Assembly: GCA_963745035.1 (NCBI GenBank)
Contig: CAVUVW010000014.1
Coordinates: forward strand, 672,001 to 736,000
Reading direction: 5' to 3'
Source of the DNA: an uncultured delta proteobacterium
Lineage (GTDB): Bacteria; Desulfobacterota; Binatia; UBA9968
Length of the DNA stretch: 64,000 nucleotides
This document shows positions 31,475 through 41,798 of the stretch, piece by piece. The position numbers and the translations under genes were made by a program. The notes below the pieces were generated by a model that was not told where the DNA came from, searched no databases, and saw only the letters and a program-made list of their open reading frames with translations. How positions within the stretch are numbered: the first letter of the stretch is position 1; the number at the start of each line of letters is the position of its first letter.

Positions 31475-32278
31475 ATGATTATGAGATTGGTCTCTTTCTT
31501 TGTTCTCTCTGTAGCTTTACACGCCGCCGCACTGGTTTATCCCGTTTCATTCGGCGGCCGAAGTCAGGTGGAACTGATCGAGGCAACTATTTTGCCAATC
31601 GAGCAAGAATCGATTGGCGAAATAGGCGACGGCGGGAGCGCAAATCCGGCGCTGGCGGCCCGTGCGAAGCCGGCGAAGCGCGCAGCGCGGGCTGCTCGGG
31701 CCAGAGCCCTATTGGAGCCAACCGCGATGGCCCCGGCGCCGACAGCGATCAATCACAGCAGCGACGCAGAGCCGAAGACCTTGCCTGTCGAAACATCAGA
31801 CGGGCCGAGCGACGGCCGCATTGCGTTAGTTTCGGCAATCGCAAATTCCGCCGCGACTCAGAGCGGCGCGCTCTTGGGTTCCCTCGGCAACAGCGTAAAG
31901 GGCAGCGGTACGAGCGGCAATGCAAGCGGTGGCAGCGGCTTGGGATCGTCAGGCACAGCTTCCGGGCAGGGCTCGGCCGAGAACGGCGTCCTCGCCACCC
32001 ATGCGCGCTACCGCGACACGCCGCGGCCGCAGTATCCGGAGAGCGCGCGGCGCGAAGGGCGCGAAGGCCGGGTGCTCCTCCGCGTTTTGATCGACGATCA
32101 AGGGCGAGCCAAAACGGTCGAGATCAACACGAGCTCCGGCAGCCAGGTCTTGGATCGCGCCGCGGCCGAAGCGATCCAACGTTGGCGCTTCCATCCAGCG
32201 CGCTACGGCGACCAGCCGGTCGAAAGCTGGTTGCGCGTCCCGATAGAGTTCCGGCTCGCGGATGTAAAATCGTGGTGA
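31475..32278 (+). CDS. tonB: energy transducer TonB
   Basis: N-terminal TM 'SVALHAA', low-complexity linker, TonB_C 'PQYPESARREGREGRV..SSG..LDRAA..WRFHPA'. Confidence 0.88.
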   Translation: MIMRLVSFFVLSVALHAAALVYPVSFGGRSQVELIEATILPIEQESIGEIGDGGSANPALAARAKPAKRAARAARARALLEPTAMAPAPTAINHSSDAEPKTLPVETSDGPSDGRIALVSAIANSAATQSGALLGSLGNSVKGSGTSGNASGGSGLGSSGTASGQGSAENGVLATHARYRDTPRPQYPESARREGREGRVLLRVLIDDQGRAKTVEINTSSGSQVLDRAAAEAIQRWRFHPARYGDQPVESWLRVPIEFRLADVKSW

Positions 32279-32315
32279 GCATTAAAGGAGGTTCACAAGT
32301 CAGATCTCATTAACC

Positions 32316-32611
32316 GCAAACGGATGCAAGGGAAAGGGGTGACTCCGAAAAGGATAAAGGCAGAAGGCAAAAGGATGAATGAAAGTTTCATCCTTTATCC
32401 CTTATCCTTTTAGCCTTTCAGAGAATTCCCCTGCTGCCCCGCAACTGTAGGAGCTACGAAAGCCGCAAGTAAGCCACTGCTCAACTGATTTGAGTCTAGG
32501 TTTTTGAATTTGGCCGCAATCCAAAATCGAAAATCTAAAATCCAAAATCACGTAGGTGGGAAGGCGCGGTGAGTAGGTTCGAAGCTCGAGCCAGGAGACC
32601 TGTCCGTTTGT
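32316..32611 (+). ncRNA. cobalamin riboswitch 2 with two hairpin insertions
   Basis: AGGGAA-AGGGGTGA[80 nt]AATTCCCC-TGCTGCCCCGCAACTGT...GCCACTG[insert]GGGAAGGC...GAGCCAGGAGACCTGTC; closing helix CAAACGGA/TCCGTTTG. Confidence 0.88.
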
Positions 32612-32648
32612 CCCAACAACTCCCCTTTCGCGGGAAAAGGAGATGGTC

Positions 32649-34605
32649 ATGAAGTTTTTTCTCAGTTTGGTTCCTTGTATTTTGTTTTGGGTGGATGCCG
32701 GCTTTCGCGGCGCAACCGCCGGAAGCAACTCTGCCGCCCGTGTTCGTGACCTCGACACGCACCGAGACTCCGCTCGAGCAGGTCACCACATCGGCGACCG
32801 TCATCACCGCCAAGGATATTGAAGACCAGCAGGCCGAGACGGTGCTTGAAGTCTTGCGCCAGGTCCCCGGCTTTGACGTCGTGCAGACCGGATCCCGGGG
32901 CACCGGCACGTCCGTATTCATTCGTGGCTCGGAGGCCGATCAGGTTTTGGTTCTAATCGACGGCGTGGAAGTTAACAGTACCACTACCGGCGCTTTCAAT
33001 TTTGCCCATCTGACGACGGAAAACATCGAGCGCATCGAAATTATTCGCGGCGCCGGCGGAACCCTTTACGGCTCCCAGGCGATCGGCGGCGTCATCAACA
33101 TCCTTACCAAGAGAGGACGCGGCCCGGCGGAATTCGGCCTGTCCGCCGAAGGCGGCAATGGTTGGACCAACCGCCAAACGCTCAGCCTGAGCGGCGAAGC
33201 TGGGCAAGCTCGGCTACTCGTTCAGCGGCGCGCGCATCGAGACCGACGGTTTCCGACCGTTTCAACGACGATTATCGAAATCTGGCGACATCGGCGCGCT
33301 TGGACTACAAAGTTACCGAAGACGCTGCGCTCAAAGGGATTTTTCGTTTCAACAAGACCGATGTCGGGCTATTCAACAGCAACAACTTCGTGCCCGGCGG
33401 GCGCGATCCCAACTCGCGCGAGGCGGTGACTCAATATCTCGGCAAAGTCGAATGGGAGCAGCGGCATCCTGAAGGAGTGGGACTATCGGATTGCTGGTTC
33501 GATCTTCAAAGAACACATCAAAGATAGCGACGATCCCGACCCACTCGAGGATTGTCAGTTTTTCGGCTTTCCCTGCGACAGCCGGACGCGCAGCCGCTTT
33601 CGGCCGCAAATCAGCAGCGCGGAGTTTCAAACCAACTATCGTTTCGGCGACTGGAGCACGACCACTTTCGGAACGGAATTCAAACGCCGCAAGGCGAGCA
33701 CTTCGAGCAGCTCCGATGGCTTTTCTCTCGGCGAGATCAACAAGGCGATCCGCAACATGGGCTACTATTTGGAGGAGCAAATCAAACTCTTCGGCGACCG
33801 GCTAATCATGATTCCCGGCATTCGTCTAGATGATCACCAGACGTTCGGCTCCGAGTGGAGCCCTTCGTTCTCTTCCTCTTATTTGTTCCGCGAAACCGGC
33901 ACGAGAGTCAAAACCGGCTATGCTGAAGGGTTTAGGGCGCCCACATTAAATGAATTGTTTTTTCCTCCCGGCTTCGGCTGTGCCGCGTTTGGCAATCCCG
34001 ATCTAGGTCCGGAAAAAAGCTGGGAGCTCAACGCCGGCGTGGAACAGACTCTGTTCGGCGACCGAATCACCGTCGGCGCGACTTTTTTTCATCGTGAGGT
34101 GAGCGACTTGATCGGCACCGGACCGACCCCAGATCCGACCGACCCGGCCTTTTGCGTACGCGCGGAAAACCTCGGCAAGGCGCGCTTCGACGGCGTCGAG
34201 TGGACAATGAATATCAAACTGCTCTCGTTCCTAGCGCTCGGCGCCAATTACACGTATCTCGATTGGGACACGGAAGACGGGCGCCTCAACCGCCGTCCAC
34301 ACCATCGCGGCAACGTGAGCTTGAATTATTTTTATGATCGCTTTCGCCTCAACTTCGACGCGCATCTGGTCGGCAAACGCGATGACATCGACTCGGTCAC
34401 GGGCGGGAACATCAAAAAAGGAAGTTACGCCAGATTCGACCTAGCGGGCTCCTATCGATTGCCCGTGAAAATCACTTTGGTGAAGGACGTCAGTCTTTTC
34501 GGCAAGATCGAGAATCTGTTCAACCGGAAGTACGAAGAAGCGGACGGCTTCCGCGCTCGGCCGTTGAACTTCTTGCTCGGCATTCGCGCTGCTTTTGGCA
34601 GCTAG
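32649..34605 (+). CDS. btuB: TonB-dependent cobalamin receptor (about 4 frameshifts near 32690, 33200, 33262, 33465)
   Basis: Plug motifs 'VFVTSTR', 'FIRG', 'VLVLIDG', 'IERIEIIRG..LYGSQAIGGVINI'; barrel 'FRAPTLNEL..GNPDLGPE', 'ENLFNRKY'; directly downstream of a B12 riboswitch. Confidence 0.85.
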
Positions 34606-34936
34606 CGACACAGCAATTGTAAATCCGATGCATCGCGTTACGGTGACCATTGACTTTGGACCGGCGGGAAAACCAGGATTCGAGACGATGGTCACCGTGC
34701 CGGAAAAGAGTACGGTTCTCGAGGCCCTATCGATGTCCGTTGCAGTCGTCACCTCACCCCGTTACGGCATGGATCACTTCGTCGAAGCGATCGACGGGAT
34801 TGAGAACGACTTGACCGGCGACCGCGGTTGGCGCTTCGAGGTCAACGGCCGCGGCTCCAACGTTCCCGCCGAGCGCTATCTCGTGAAGGACGGCGATTGG
34901 ATCAAGTGGCTCTACTTCGCCGGCGGCTGCTCGTAA
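34595..34936 (+). CDS. DUF4430 (transcobalamin C-terminal-like) protein
   Basis: 'STVLEAL', 'FVEAIDG', 'GWRFEVNG', 'VKDGDWIKW'. Confidence 0.78.
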   Translation: MAASDTAIVNPMHRVTVTIDFGPAGKPGFETMVTVPEKSTVLEALSMSVAVVTSPRYGMDHFVEAIDGIENDLTGDRGWRFEVNGRGSNVPAERYLVKDGDWIKWLYFAGGCS

Positions 34937-34940
34937 CAAA

Positions 34941-36536
34941 ATGAACGGAAGTCACCGCAAGAATGCTTTGATGATCCTCGGGACGGCTTCGCACGTCGGC
35001 AAGTCGGTCATCACGGCGGGCTTGGGGCGTTTGTTCGCCGACGATCGCTATCGTGTGGCGCCGTTCAAGGCGCAGAACATGTCGCTCAACTCCGCCGCCA
35101 CTTTGGACGGCGGCGAGATCGGCCGTGCTCAGGCGCTGCAAGCCGAGGCGTGTCGAGTCCTGCCGCGCGTCGAAATGAATCCGGTCTTACTCAAGCCTTC
35201 GACGGATACCGGCGCCCAAGTGATTCTGCTGGGAAAAATCTGGGGGCAGGTTTCGGCCGCGGATTATCACACACGGCGGGTCGAACAGCTCTTTCCCCAA
35301 GTGATGTCCGCCTATCGCCGGCTGGCGGTGGAGCACGATCTGATGCTGCTCGAAGGCGCCGGCTCGCCGGCGGAGATCAACCTGCGCGAACACGACATCG
35401 TCAACATGCGCATGGCCCATGCCGCCGACGCGGCTTGCATGCTCGTATGCGACATCGATCGCGGCGGCGCCTTCGCCTCGCTGCTCGGCACGATGGAGCT
35501 GCTCCAACCCGAAGACCGCGCGCGCATTCACGGCTTCATCATCAATAAATTTCGCGGCGACGAAACGCTGCTGCGGCCGGGTCTGGCCATGATCGAGCAG
35601 CGCATTGGCTTGTCTTGCGTCGGCGTCGTACCTTTTCTGCACGATCTCGGCCTCGACGAAGAGGACGGCGTCGTCCTTGAAGACCGCGCTTCGGCTGCGC
35701 GACGCTGGAAGAATCTCGAATCCGGACCATCGCGAACGCTCCGCGTCGGCGTCATCGCCGTGCCGCATATGGCGAATTTCACCGACTTCGATGCCTTGGC
35801 GTCGGAGCCGTCGGTCTCCTTGGCGTTCATCGAACAGCCGGAAGAAATGGCCGCGGCCGATCTGGTAATTTTACCCGGCACCAAACAGACCCTCGACGAT
35901 CTAGGTTGGCTCGAGCAGCGCGGCCTTGCGCGGGAGCTCTATCGACTGGCCGAAACAGGCGTACCGATCGTCGGCATCTGCGGTGGCTTTCAAATGCTTG
36001 GCTTATCCATCGAAGATCCGCACGGTGTCGAGAACCACGGCGAGCCCTGTAGTCGCGCGGCTCTGGGTCTGCTGCCGATCCGCACTGTGCTCCACCCGGA
36101 AAAAATGGTTCGGCGCGTTCATGGTTGCCTGCGAGGCGACCTTTTCCAGAAAAATTCTTCGCCGCCGCTAGATTTCGCCGGTTACGAGATCCACGTAGGC
36201 GAAACCTTTTACGAAACCGGCGCGCGACCTTTGGCCGATATTGAGCGGCACGGCGAAGCAAAGTCCGTAGCCGACGGTGCTGTGAGCGAGTCGGGCCGCA
36301 TTTTCGGTACCTACGTGCACGGCTTTTTCGACAACGATGATTTTCGCCATCGATTCATTCGAGCCGCCCGCGCAGCGGTCCAGCTGGCTCCGGCGGCAGC
36401 ATGGGTCCATATTACGAAAGAGCGCGAGGCGCGCATAGATCGCCTGGCGCATCACCTGAGAAGTTTTTTGGACGTCAAGCGCATCAGGAGCTGGATCATT
36501 GAACCGGCCACGTCGCCAGAAAGGCAAGCAAGTTGA
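34941..36536 (+). CDS. cobQ: cobyric acid synthase
   Basis: 'GTASHVGKS', 'PFKAQNMSLN', 'EGAGSPAEINL', 'GICGGFQMLG', 'GYEIH', 'GTYVHG'. Confidence 0.96.
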   Translation: MNGSHRKNALMILGTASHVGKSVITAGLGRLFADDRYRVAPFKAQNMSLNSAATLDGGEIGRAQALQAEACRVLPRVEMNPVLLKPSTDTGAQVILLGKIWGQVSAADYHTRRVEQLFPQVMSAYRRLAVEHDLMLLEGAGSPAEINLREHDIVNMRMAHAADAACMLVCDIDRGGAFASLLGTMELLQPEDRARIHGFIINKFRGDETLLRPGLAMIEQRIGLSCVGVVPFLHDLGLDEEDGVVLEDRASAARRWKNLESGPSRTLRVGVIAVPHMANFTDFDALASEPSVSLAFIEQPEEMAAADLVILPGTKQTLDDLGWLEQRGLARELYRLAETGVPIVGICGGFQMLGLSIEDPHGVENHGEPCSRAALGLLPIRTVLHPEKMVRRVHGCLRGDLFQKNSSPPLDFAGYEIHVGETFYETGARPLADIERHGEAKSVADGAVSESGRIFGTYVHGFFDNDDFRHRFIRAARAAVQLAPAAAWVHITKEREARIDRLAHHLRSFLDVKRIRSWIIEPATSPERQAS

Positions 36537-37261
36537 CCAGCGTTACGCCTTCGACAAGCGAGTCGTATACAGTTCACGTCGGCCGGAAAGCCCTGGTGGT
36601 AAGCTTCCCAGCATCGGCACGAGTGCTGAGTTGGGCGCTGGTGAACGGCGGTTTTTGTCATGGCGATCATATCGTCAATCATTGGGTGCACTGCGATGAT
36701 CCCTGGTTTATCGCCCGGCCGCGGCAATGGCTGAAGCGGGCTGCGATGAATTTGGGGCTGCAAGGAACCGTTGTCGCGATGGCTACCGCCGTCGAGATGA
36801 AAAATCTCGTCCGAGTTTCATTCTCTCGAGCCAGCGCAGAGGTAACGTGCTTTGCCACGGTCGGCTGCAGCAACGCTCTTTCTGTCGGAGATCCGGCGTC
36901 AGTGGAGATGATGGACTCAACGGTGCCGCCTCACACCATCAACATGATTTTGATCGTTCAGCCAACGCTCACTGACGAAGCATTGGTGGAGGCGATTCAA
37001 ATCGCGACCGAGGGGCGGGTGCGCGCCCTGTACGAGGCCCGAGTTCAGAGCTCGGTCTCGAGTCTCGCCGCGAGCGGCACAGGGACCGACTGCATCGCGA
37101 TTGCTTCGCTCGGCGGCGGAGCTGGCGCACCCTATTGCGGCAAGCACACCGAGTTAGGCGAACTGATCGGCCGCGCCGCTTACGAGGCCGTGAAAAATGG
37201 GCTGGAGCGCATCTCGAGACGAGATAACGCTGTGCCCAAACAGGAAACGCAGAACCAATAA
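36533..37261 (+). CDS. cbiZ: adenosylcobinamide amidohydrolase
   Basis: 'AMATAV', 'TINM', 'ASGTGTDC', 'YCGKHTELGELIG'. Confidence 0.85.
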   Translation: MTSVTPSTSESYTVHVGRKALVVSFPASARVLSWALVNGGFCHGDHIVNHWVHCDDPWFIARPRQWLKRAAMNLGLQGTVVAMATAVEMKNLVRVSFSRASAEVTCFATVGCSNALSVGDPASVEMMDSTVPPHTINMILIVQPTLTDEALVEAIQIATEGRVRALYEARVQSSVSSLAASGTGTDCIAIASLGGGAGAPYCGKHTELGELIGRAAYEAVKNGLERISRRDNAVPKQETQNQ

Positions 37262-37416
37262 GAGTTCGGCCAGCAACGCGACATCTGTCGGAGTCGTTGC
37301 CGGCTACTCATGCATGAATTGTCCGGAATACTTCGCAATCAGATCAAGCTTCAAACCGACGATTGGCTCGATGTGTAGTCGTGGTGAATCTTGGTATGCT
37401 GCTCGCTGCCGAACAT

Positions 37417-38385
37417 ATGGATTGGCAACTTATTCTAAGCTCCTCGGCGGCGCTCCTGATCGGCGCCTTTGTCTTGGATCTCGCCGTCGGCGATCCGCGC
37501 TGGCTGCCCCATCCAGTCGTTCTGATGGGCAAGGTCATTTCACATGGCGAACGACTGTTGCATTGCGGCCGTTCTCGCAGCGACTTTCTCTCAGGCATCG
37601 CACTGTCACTTTTGCTGATTACGCTCTCCGCTGTAGCTGCATGGACACTCATCGCTCTCTTTCATCGGCTTCCTCTCTGGGTTTCGTTCATCGCCACTGC
37701 GGCTTTGGCTTCCACCACTCTGGCAACCCGCGGCTTGCTCGACGCGGTGAAGCGGATCGAAGCGCCGCTCCGCGCCGGCAATCTCATCGGCGCGCGCGAA
37801 AAACTCGCCCACATCGTCGGGCGAGAAACATCAAAGCTGGACCAGGACAAAGTGTTGCGCGCGAGTCTCGAATCTCTGTCGGAGAGCACCTGCGACGGCA
37901 TCGTCGCGCCGCTCTTCTATCTTTTTCTCGGCGGAGTTCCACTGGCCATGGCCTATAAGGCTGTGAGCACCTTGGATTCCATGATCGGCTACCGAACGGA
38001 AAGATATTTTTATTTCGGCAAGTTCGCCGCACGCCTCGACGACGCGATGAATTTTATCCCCGCGCGGCTGACCGCTTTGTTTATCGTCATCGCGGCCATG
38101 GCGCTGCGATGGAATCCACTTCGCGCGTTGGAGGTTGCATGGCGCGATCATGGCCATCATTTGAGCCCCAATGCGGGCTATCCTGAGGCGGCGCTGGCCG
38201 GTGCCTTTGGCGTCCGTCTCGGCGGTCCCAGCATTTACTTGGGCCAGGAAGTCTATAAACCTTACATCGGGGACGATTTGAAGCCGGTCGAAATCGAGAT
38301 GTTGAAGAAAGGACGTGCCTTATGCCTGGTCACGGCGATGCTCTCGCTTGCGACTTTCGTGCTGCTGTCGATCACCATCGCGTAG
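37417..38385 (+). CDS. cbiB: adenosylcobinamide-phosphate synthase
   Basis: 'GDPRWLPHPV', 'IVGRET', 'DGIVAPLFY', 'TLDSMIGY', 'SPNAGYPEAA'. Confidence 0.95.
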   Translation: MDWQLILSSSAALLIGAFVLDLAVGDPRWLPHPVVLMGKVISHGERLLHCGRSRSDFLSGIALSLLLITLSAVAAWTLIALFHRLPLWVSFIATAALASTTLATRGLLDAVKRIEAPLRAGNLIGAREKLAHIVGRETSKLDQDKVLRASLESLSESTCDGIVAPLFYLFLGGVPLAMAYKAVSTLDSMIGYRTERYFYFGKFAARLDDAMNFIPARLTALFIVIAAMALRWNPLRALEVAWRDHGHHLSPNAGYPEAALAGAFGVRLGGPSIYLGQEVYKPYIGDDLKPVEIEMLKKGRALCLVTAMLSLATFVLLSITIA

Positions 38386-39491
38386 AACCGGACGTCGACC
38401 GAAAGCACGGCGGCGATGTCGACGCGTGGGCGCAAAGCGCCGGCTTCGAAGCCGCGGAGATGATCGACTTCAGCGCCAGCATCAATCCGCTCGGACCGCC
38501 GCCTGCGGCGCGCCGGGCCTTTCTCAAGAGCTACGGCGAGATCTCGCGTTATCCTGATCCTTACGGAGACAAACTCAAAGCGGCTTTGGCTGAGCGGCAC
38601 GGGTTGAGCCCAAGCGAAGTGCTGCTCGGCAACGGCTCGACGCAACTCATCTATCTCTTGTGCGCGGCGCTGCGACCCGCGAAGTGCCTTGATCGTCGGC
38701 CCGGCGTTCGCTGAATACGCGAACGCTCTAACGCTTTGCGGGGCGACGGTTCGCCGATTGTCTCTCTCCTCCGACGACGGCTTTCAGTTCTCGACGCCGC
38801 GGTTTATCGCGGCATGGGACCAAGACTGCGACATCGTCGTTCTGACCACGCCTAACAGCGTTACCGGTCGATTGATCCCGAAAGTGGATTTGGAAAATAT
38901 CGCTCGCATCGCTTCGACGAGAAAATGCTTCCTTGTCGTCGACGAGGCATTCATCGATTTTACCGAGGCCGAATCCGTGAAGCTTCTCGTGCGCCATAAC
39001 GCTTATTTAATCGTGTTGCGGTCGCTGACCAAGTACTATGCTTTGCCGGGACTTCGGCTCGGCTATCTGCTGGCCGAGACTGGCCTTGCGGCTCGCCTTG
39101 CCATCTATCAGGAACCTTGGTCTGTCAACGCCCCAGCCTTGAACGTCGGGTTAGCTTGTCTCAATGACGCGGCCTTTGGAACGAGAACCAACCGCTGGCT
39201 TGGCAGGGAAAGAACGTTCTTGACGCGGAGACTGGCCGCGGTCACAGGCTTTAGTCCATTCCCGTCGGAAGCTAATTTTCTGTTGGTCAAACTCGACCCA
39301 ACCGGCTCCCGACGCATTGCACCTTCGTTCCTTTCTTGGCGAGAAGAAAAATCCTCATCCGCGCGTGCGATTCTTTCGCCGAGCTGGGCGCGCGGTATTT
39401 TCGCGTCGCCGTGAAGCGTCGACGAGATAATTTGCGGTTGCTTGCGGCGCTCGCCGAATGGAGCGCATCGAAAGAACGAATACCGTCGTGA
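38322..39491 (+). CDS. cobD: L-threonine-O-3-phosphate decarboxylase (frameshifts near 38678, 39308, 39350; start uncertain)
   Basis: 'HGGD', 'DFSASINPLGPP', 'GNGSTQLI', 'VDEAFIDF', 'RSLTKYYALPGLRLGY'; third frame gives 'ILIRACDSF..YFRVAV' ending at TGA 39491. Confidence 0.88.
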
Positions 39492-40024
39492 ACAAGCAAA
39501 TCATTTTGATCACCGGCGGAGCGCGCTCAGGAAAGAGCCGCTACGCCGAAGAGCGCGCGGTCGCCTTGGGCGAGCGGCGGCTTTACGTTGCCACGGCCGA
39601 ATCCAAAGACGAAGAGATGGCGCAACGCATCGCCGCGCATCGAAAACGCCGTGGCGGCGCATGGATCACGATCGAGGAACCGGTGGAACTCTCTGTCGCG
39701 CTGCTCGCCCAGCGCGGCCAGACCGACTGCGCGCTGGTCGATTGCCTCACTTTGTGGCTGAGTAATATTTTGCTGCGGCGCGATGCCGAATACGCCGAAG
39801 AGAAAGTCAAGGAACTGGTCGAGACGATGCCATCCCTCGATTTCCATATTGTCTTGGTGACCAATGAGGTCGGCTCGGGCATCGTGCCGGACAACGCGCT
39901 CGCGCGACAGTTTCGCGATCTTGTGGGTTGGGCCAATCAGCAGCTCGCTGCTATCGCGAGCGAAGTCGTGCTCACAGTTGCCGGGCTTCCGATGATCGTA
40001 AAGAAGACGAACCCATGTCTCTAG
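39488..40024 (+). CDS. cobU: adenosylcobinamide kinase/cobinamide-phosphate guanylyltransferase
   Basis: 'TGGARSGKS', 'DCLTLW', 'NEVGSGIVP', 'FRDLVG'. Confidence 0.95.
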   Translation: MNKQIILITGGARSGKSRYAEERAVALGERRLYVATAESKDEEMAQRIAAHRKRRGGAWITIEEPVELSVALLAQRGQTDCALVDCLTLWLSNILLRRDAEYAEEKVKELVETMPSLDFHIVLVTNEVGSGIVPDNALARQFRDLVGWANQQLAAIASEVVLTVAGLPMIVKKTNPCL

Positions 40025-41067
40025 ACGAAACCCTCAAACGAATCGTTCCGTTGGATCGAGCAATGGAGCGCACAGCCCAACAGCGGCTGGACTCTCTCAC
40101 CAAACCGCAGGGAAGTCTGGGGAAGCTGGAAGAGTTCGCGCGCCGCATCGCCGTCATTCAGGGAAAAGTGCCGCCGAGACTCGGACGAAAACTGTTGTTC
40201 GTATTCGCCGCTGACCACGGAATCACCGACGAGAGAGTCAGCGCTTACCCGAAAGAGGTAACGGCGCAGATGACTTACAACTTTCTCACCGGCGGCGCGG
40301 CCATTAACGTTCTGGCACGCCACTATGGCATCGACACCGAAGTGATTGATGCCGGCGTCGACTATGACTTTCACGCACCGCGCGGTTTGCGCGAATGCAA
40401 AATCCGCCGCGCTACGGCGAATTTCGCCCGCGGGCCAGCGATGACCCGCGCGGAAGCTTTGCGCTCGGTCGAATTGGGTATTGAGCTCGTCCGCGAAGCC
40501 GCTGGTAATATTTTTCTTCTCGGCGCAGGCGACATGGGCATCGGCAACACCAGCAGCGCCACAGCGACTCTATGCGCGCTAACCGGCCTGCCGCCCGCCG
40601 ACGTCGTCGGACGCGGCACCGGCATCGACGACGCCACTCTCGCAAGAAAAATAGCCGCGATCGAACGAGGTCTCGAGATCAACCGGCCCGACGCCGACGA
40701 TCCGATCGACGTTCTCGCCAAAGTCGGTGGTTTGGAAATCGGCGCCATCGCCGGCGTGATTTTGGGGGCTGCGGAGCTTCGCGTGCCCATGGTGCTGGAC
40801 GGATTCATTTCCGGGGCGGCGGCGCTCCTCGCGCAGAGATTTTCTCCGCACGTGCGGGACATCCTGTTCGCTTCGCACCTCTCCGCGGAAAAGGGGCATC
40901 GCTTGTTGCTCGATGAGCTGAACCTTGCACCGGTGCTGGACTTGCAAATGCGCCTTGGCGAGGGCACCGGCGCCTGCCTGCTCATGGGTTTGATCGAGGC
41001 ATCGGTGAAAATCATGGGCGAGATGGCGACGTTCGAATCCGCCGGTGTAGGAGAGAAGACGCAGTGA
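40015..41067 (+). CDS. cobT: nicotinate-nucleotide--dimethylbenzimidazole phosphoribosyltransferase
   Basis: 'LTKPQGSLGKLE', 'AADHG', 'MGIGNT', 'MRLGEGTGA'. Confidence 0.96.
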   Translation: MSLDETLKRIVPLDRAMERTAQQRLDSLTKPQGSLGKLEEFARRIAVIQGKVPPRLGRKLLFVFAADHGITDERVSAYPKEVTAQMTYNFLTGGAAINVLARHYGIDTEVIDAGVDYDFHAPRGLRECKIRRATANFARGPAMTRAEALRSVELGIELVREAAGNIFLLGAGDMGIGNTSSATATLCALTGLPPADVVGRGTGIDDATLARKIAAIERGLEINRPDADDPIDVLAKVGGLEIGAIAGVILGAAELRVPMVLDGFISGAAALLAQRFSPHVRDILFASHLSAEKGHRLLLDELNLAPVLDLQMRLGEGTGACLLMGLIEASVKIMGEMATFESAGVGEKTQ

Positions 41068-41798
41068 GCTCTTTTCTTGCCGCGCTTCAGTTCTTGACGA
41101 TTTTTCCCTGGCCCAGGACCAGAGACTACTCGGCCGATGAATTGGGAGGCGCCGCAATCTTCTTTCCCGTCATCGGCTTTTTGCTGGGATTGATTTTGGT
41201 ACTGGCGAACGCTTTGTTGGAACCGGTCGCGAGCGCCGGATTGTCGAGCGTGGCGCTCGTCGCACTCTCTGGCGTTTTTGACACGCGGCCTGCACCTCGA
41301 CGGCCTCGGCGACACCTTCGACGGCTTGGGCGCAGGCGGCGACCGAGAACGAATGCTGCGGGTCATGGATGATAGCCACACCGGTGCGTTCGGTTTGATC
41401 GCGATCGTCTTGCTGCTGTTTTTCAAGATTCACGCCATCGAAAGCATCGAGACCGAACGTTGGCGCGCTCTCTTGGCCGCGCCGGTCCTCGGCCGCTGGG
41501 CGATGGTTTTGCTCGGCCATCATTCGCAAGCGGCAAAGCCGGGACTGGGATCGAGCTTAGTTGATCACTTGAAAACTAAACACGTTGTGTCTTCGCCACG
41601 TTCATCACGTTGATTCTTGTCGCCGCAATTCTGCGCGAGGTCGGCGTGGCATTGATGATATGGATCGCGGCATTCAGCCTAGCGAGCAAAGCATTCTTTC
41701 ACCGCCGACTGGGCGGCGTCACCGGCGACACTTTCGGAGCGGTCGGCGAGCTAAGCGAGGCGTCCGTTCTCGTCATTCTCGCTCTGGGGCCGCGATGA
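41064..41798 (+). CDS. cobS: cobalamin synthase (two frameshifts near 41270 and 41590)
   Basis: 'ALQFLT', 'GLHLDGLGDTFDG', 'MDDSHTGAFG', 'GGVTGDTFGA' spread over three frames. Confidence 0.9.

Noticed and set aside
32343-32550. Short repeats as a possible CRISPR array
   Set aside because: Units are 7 nt, tandem and inverted, with no unique spacers and no cas genes.
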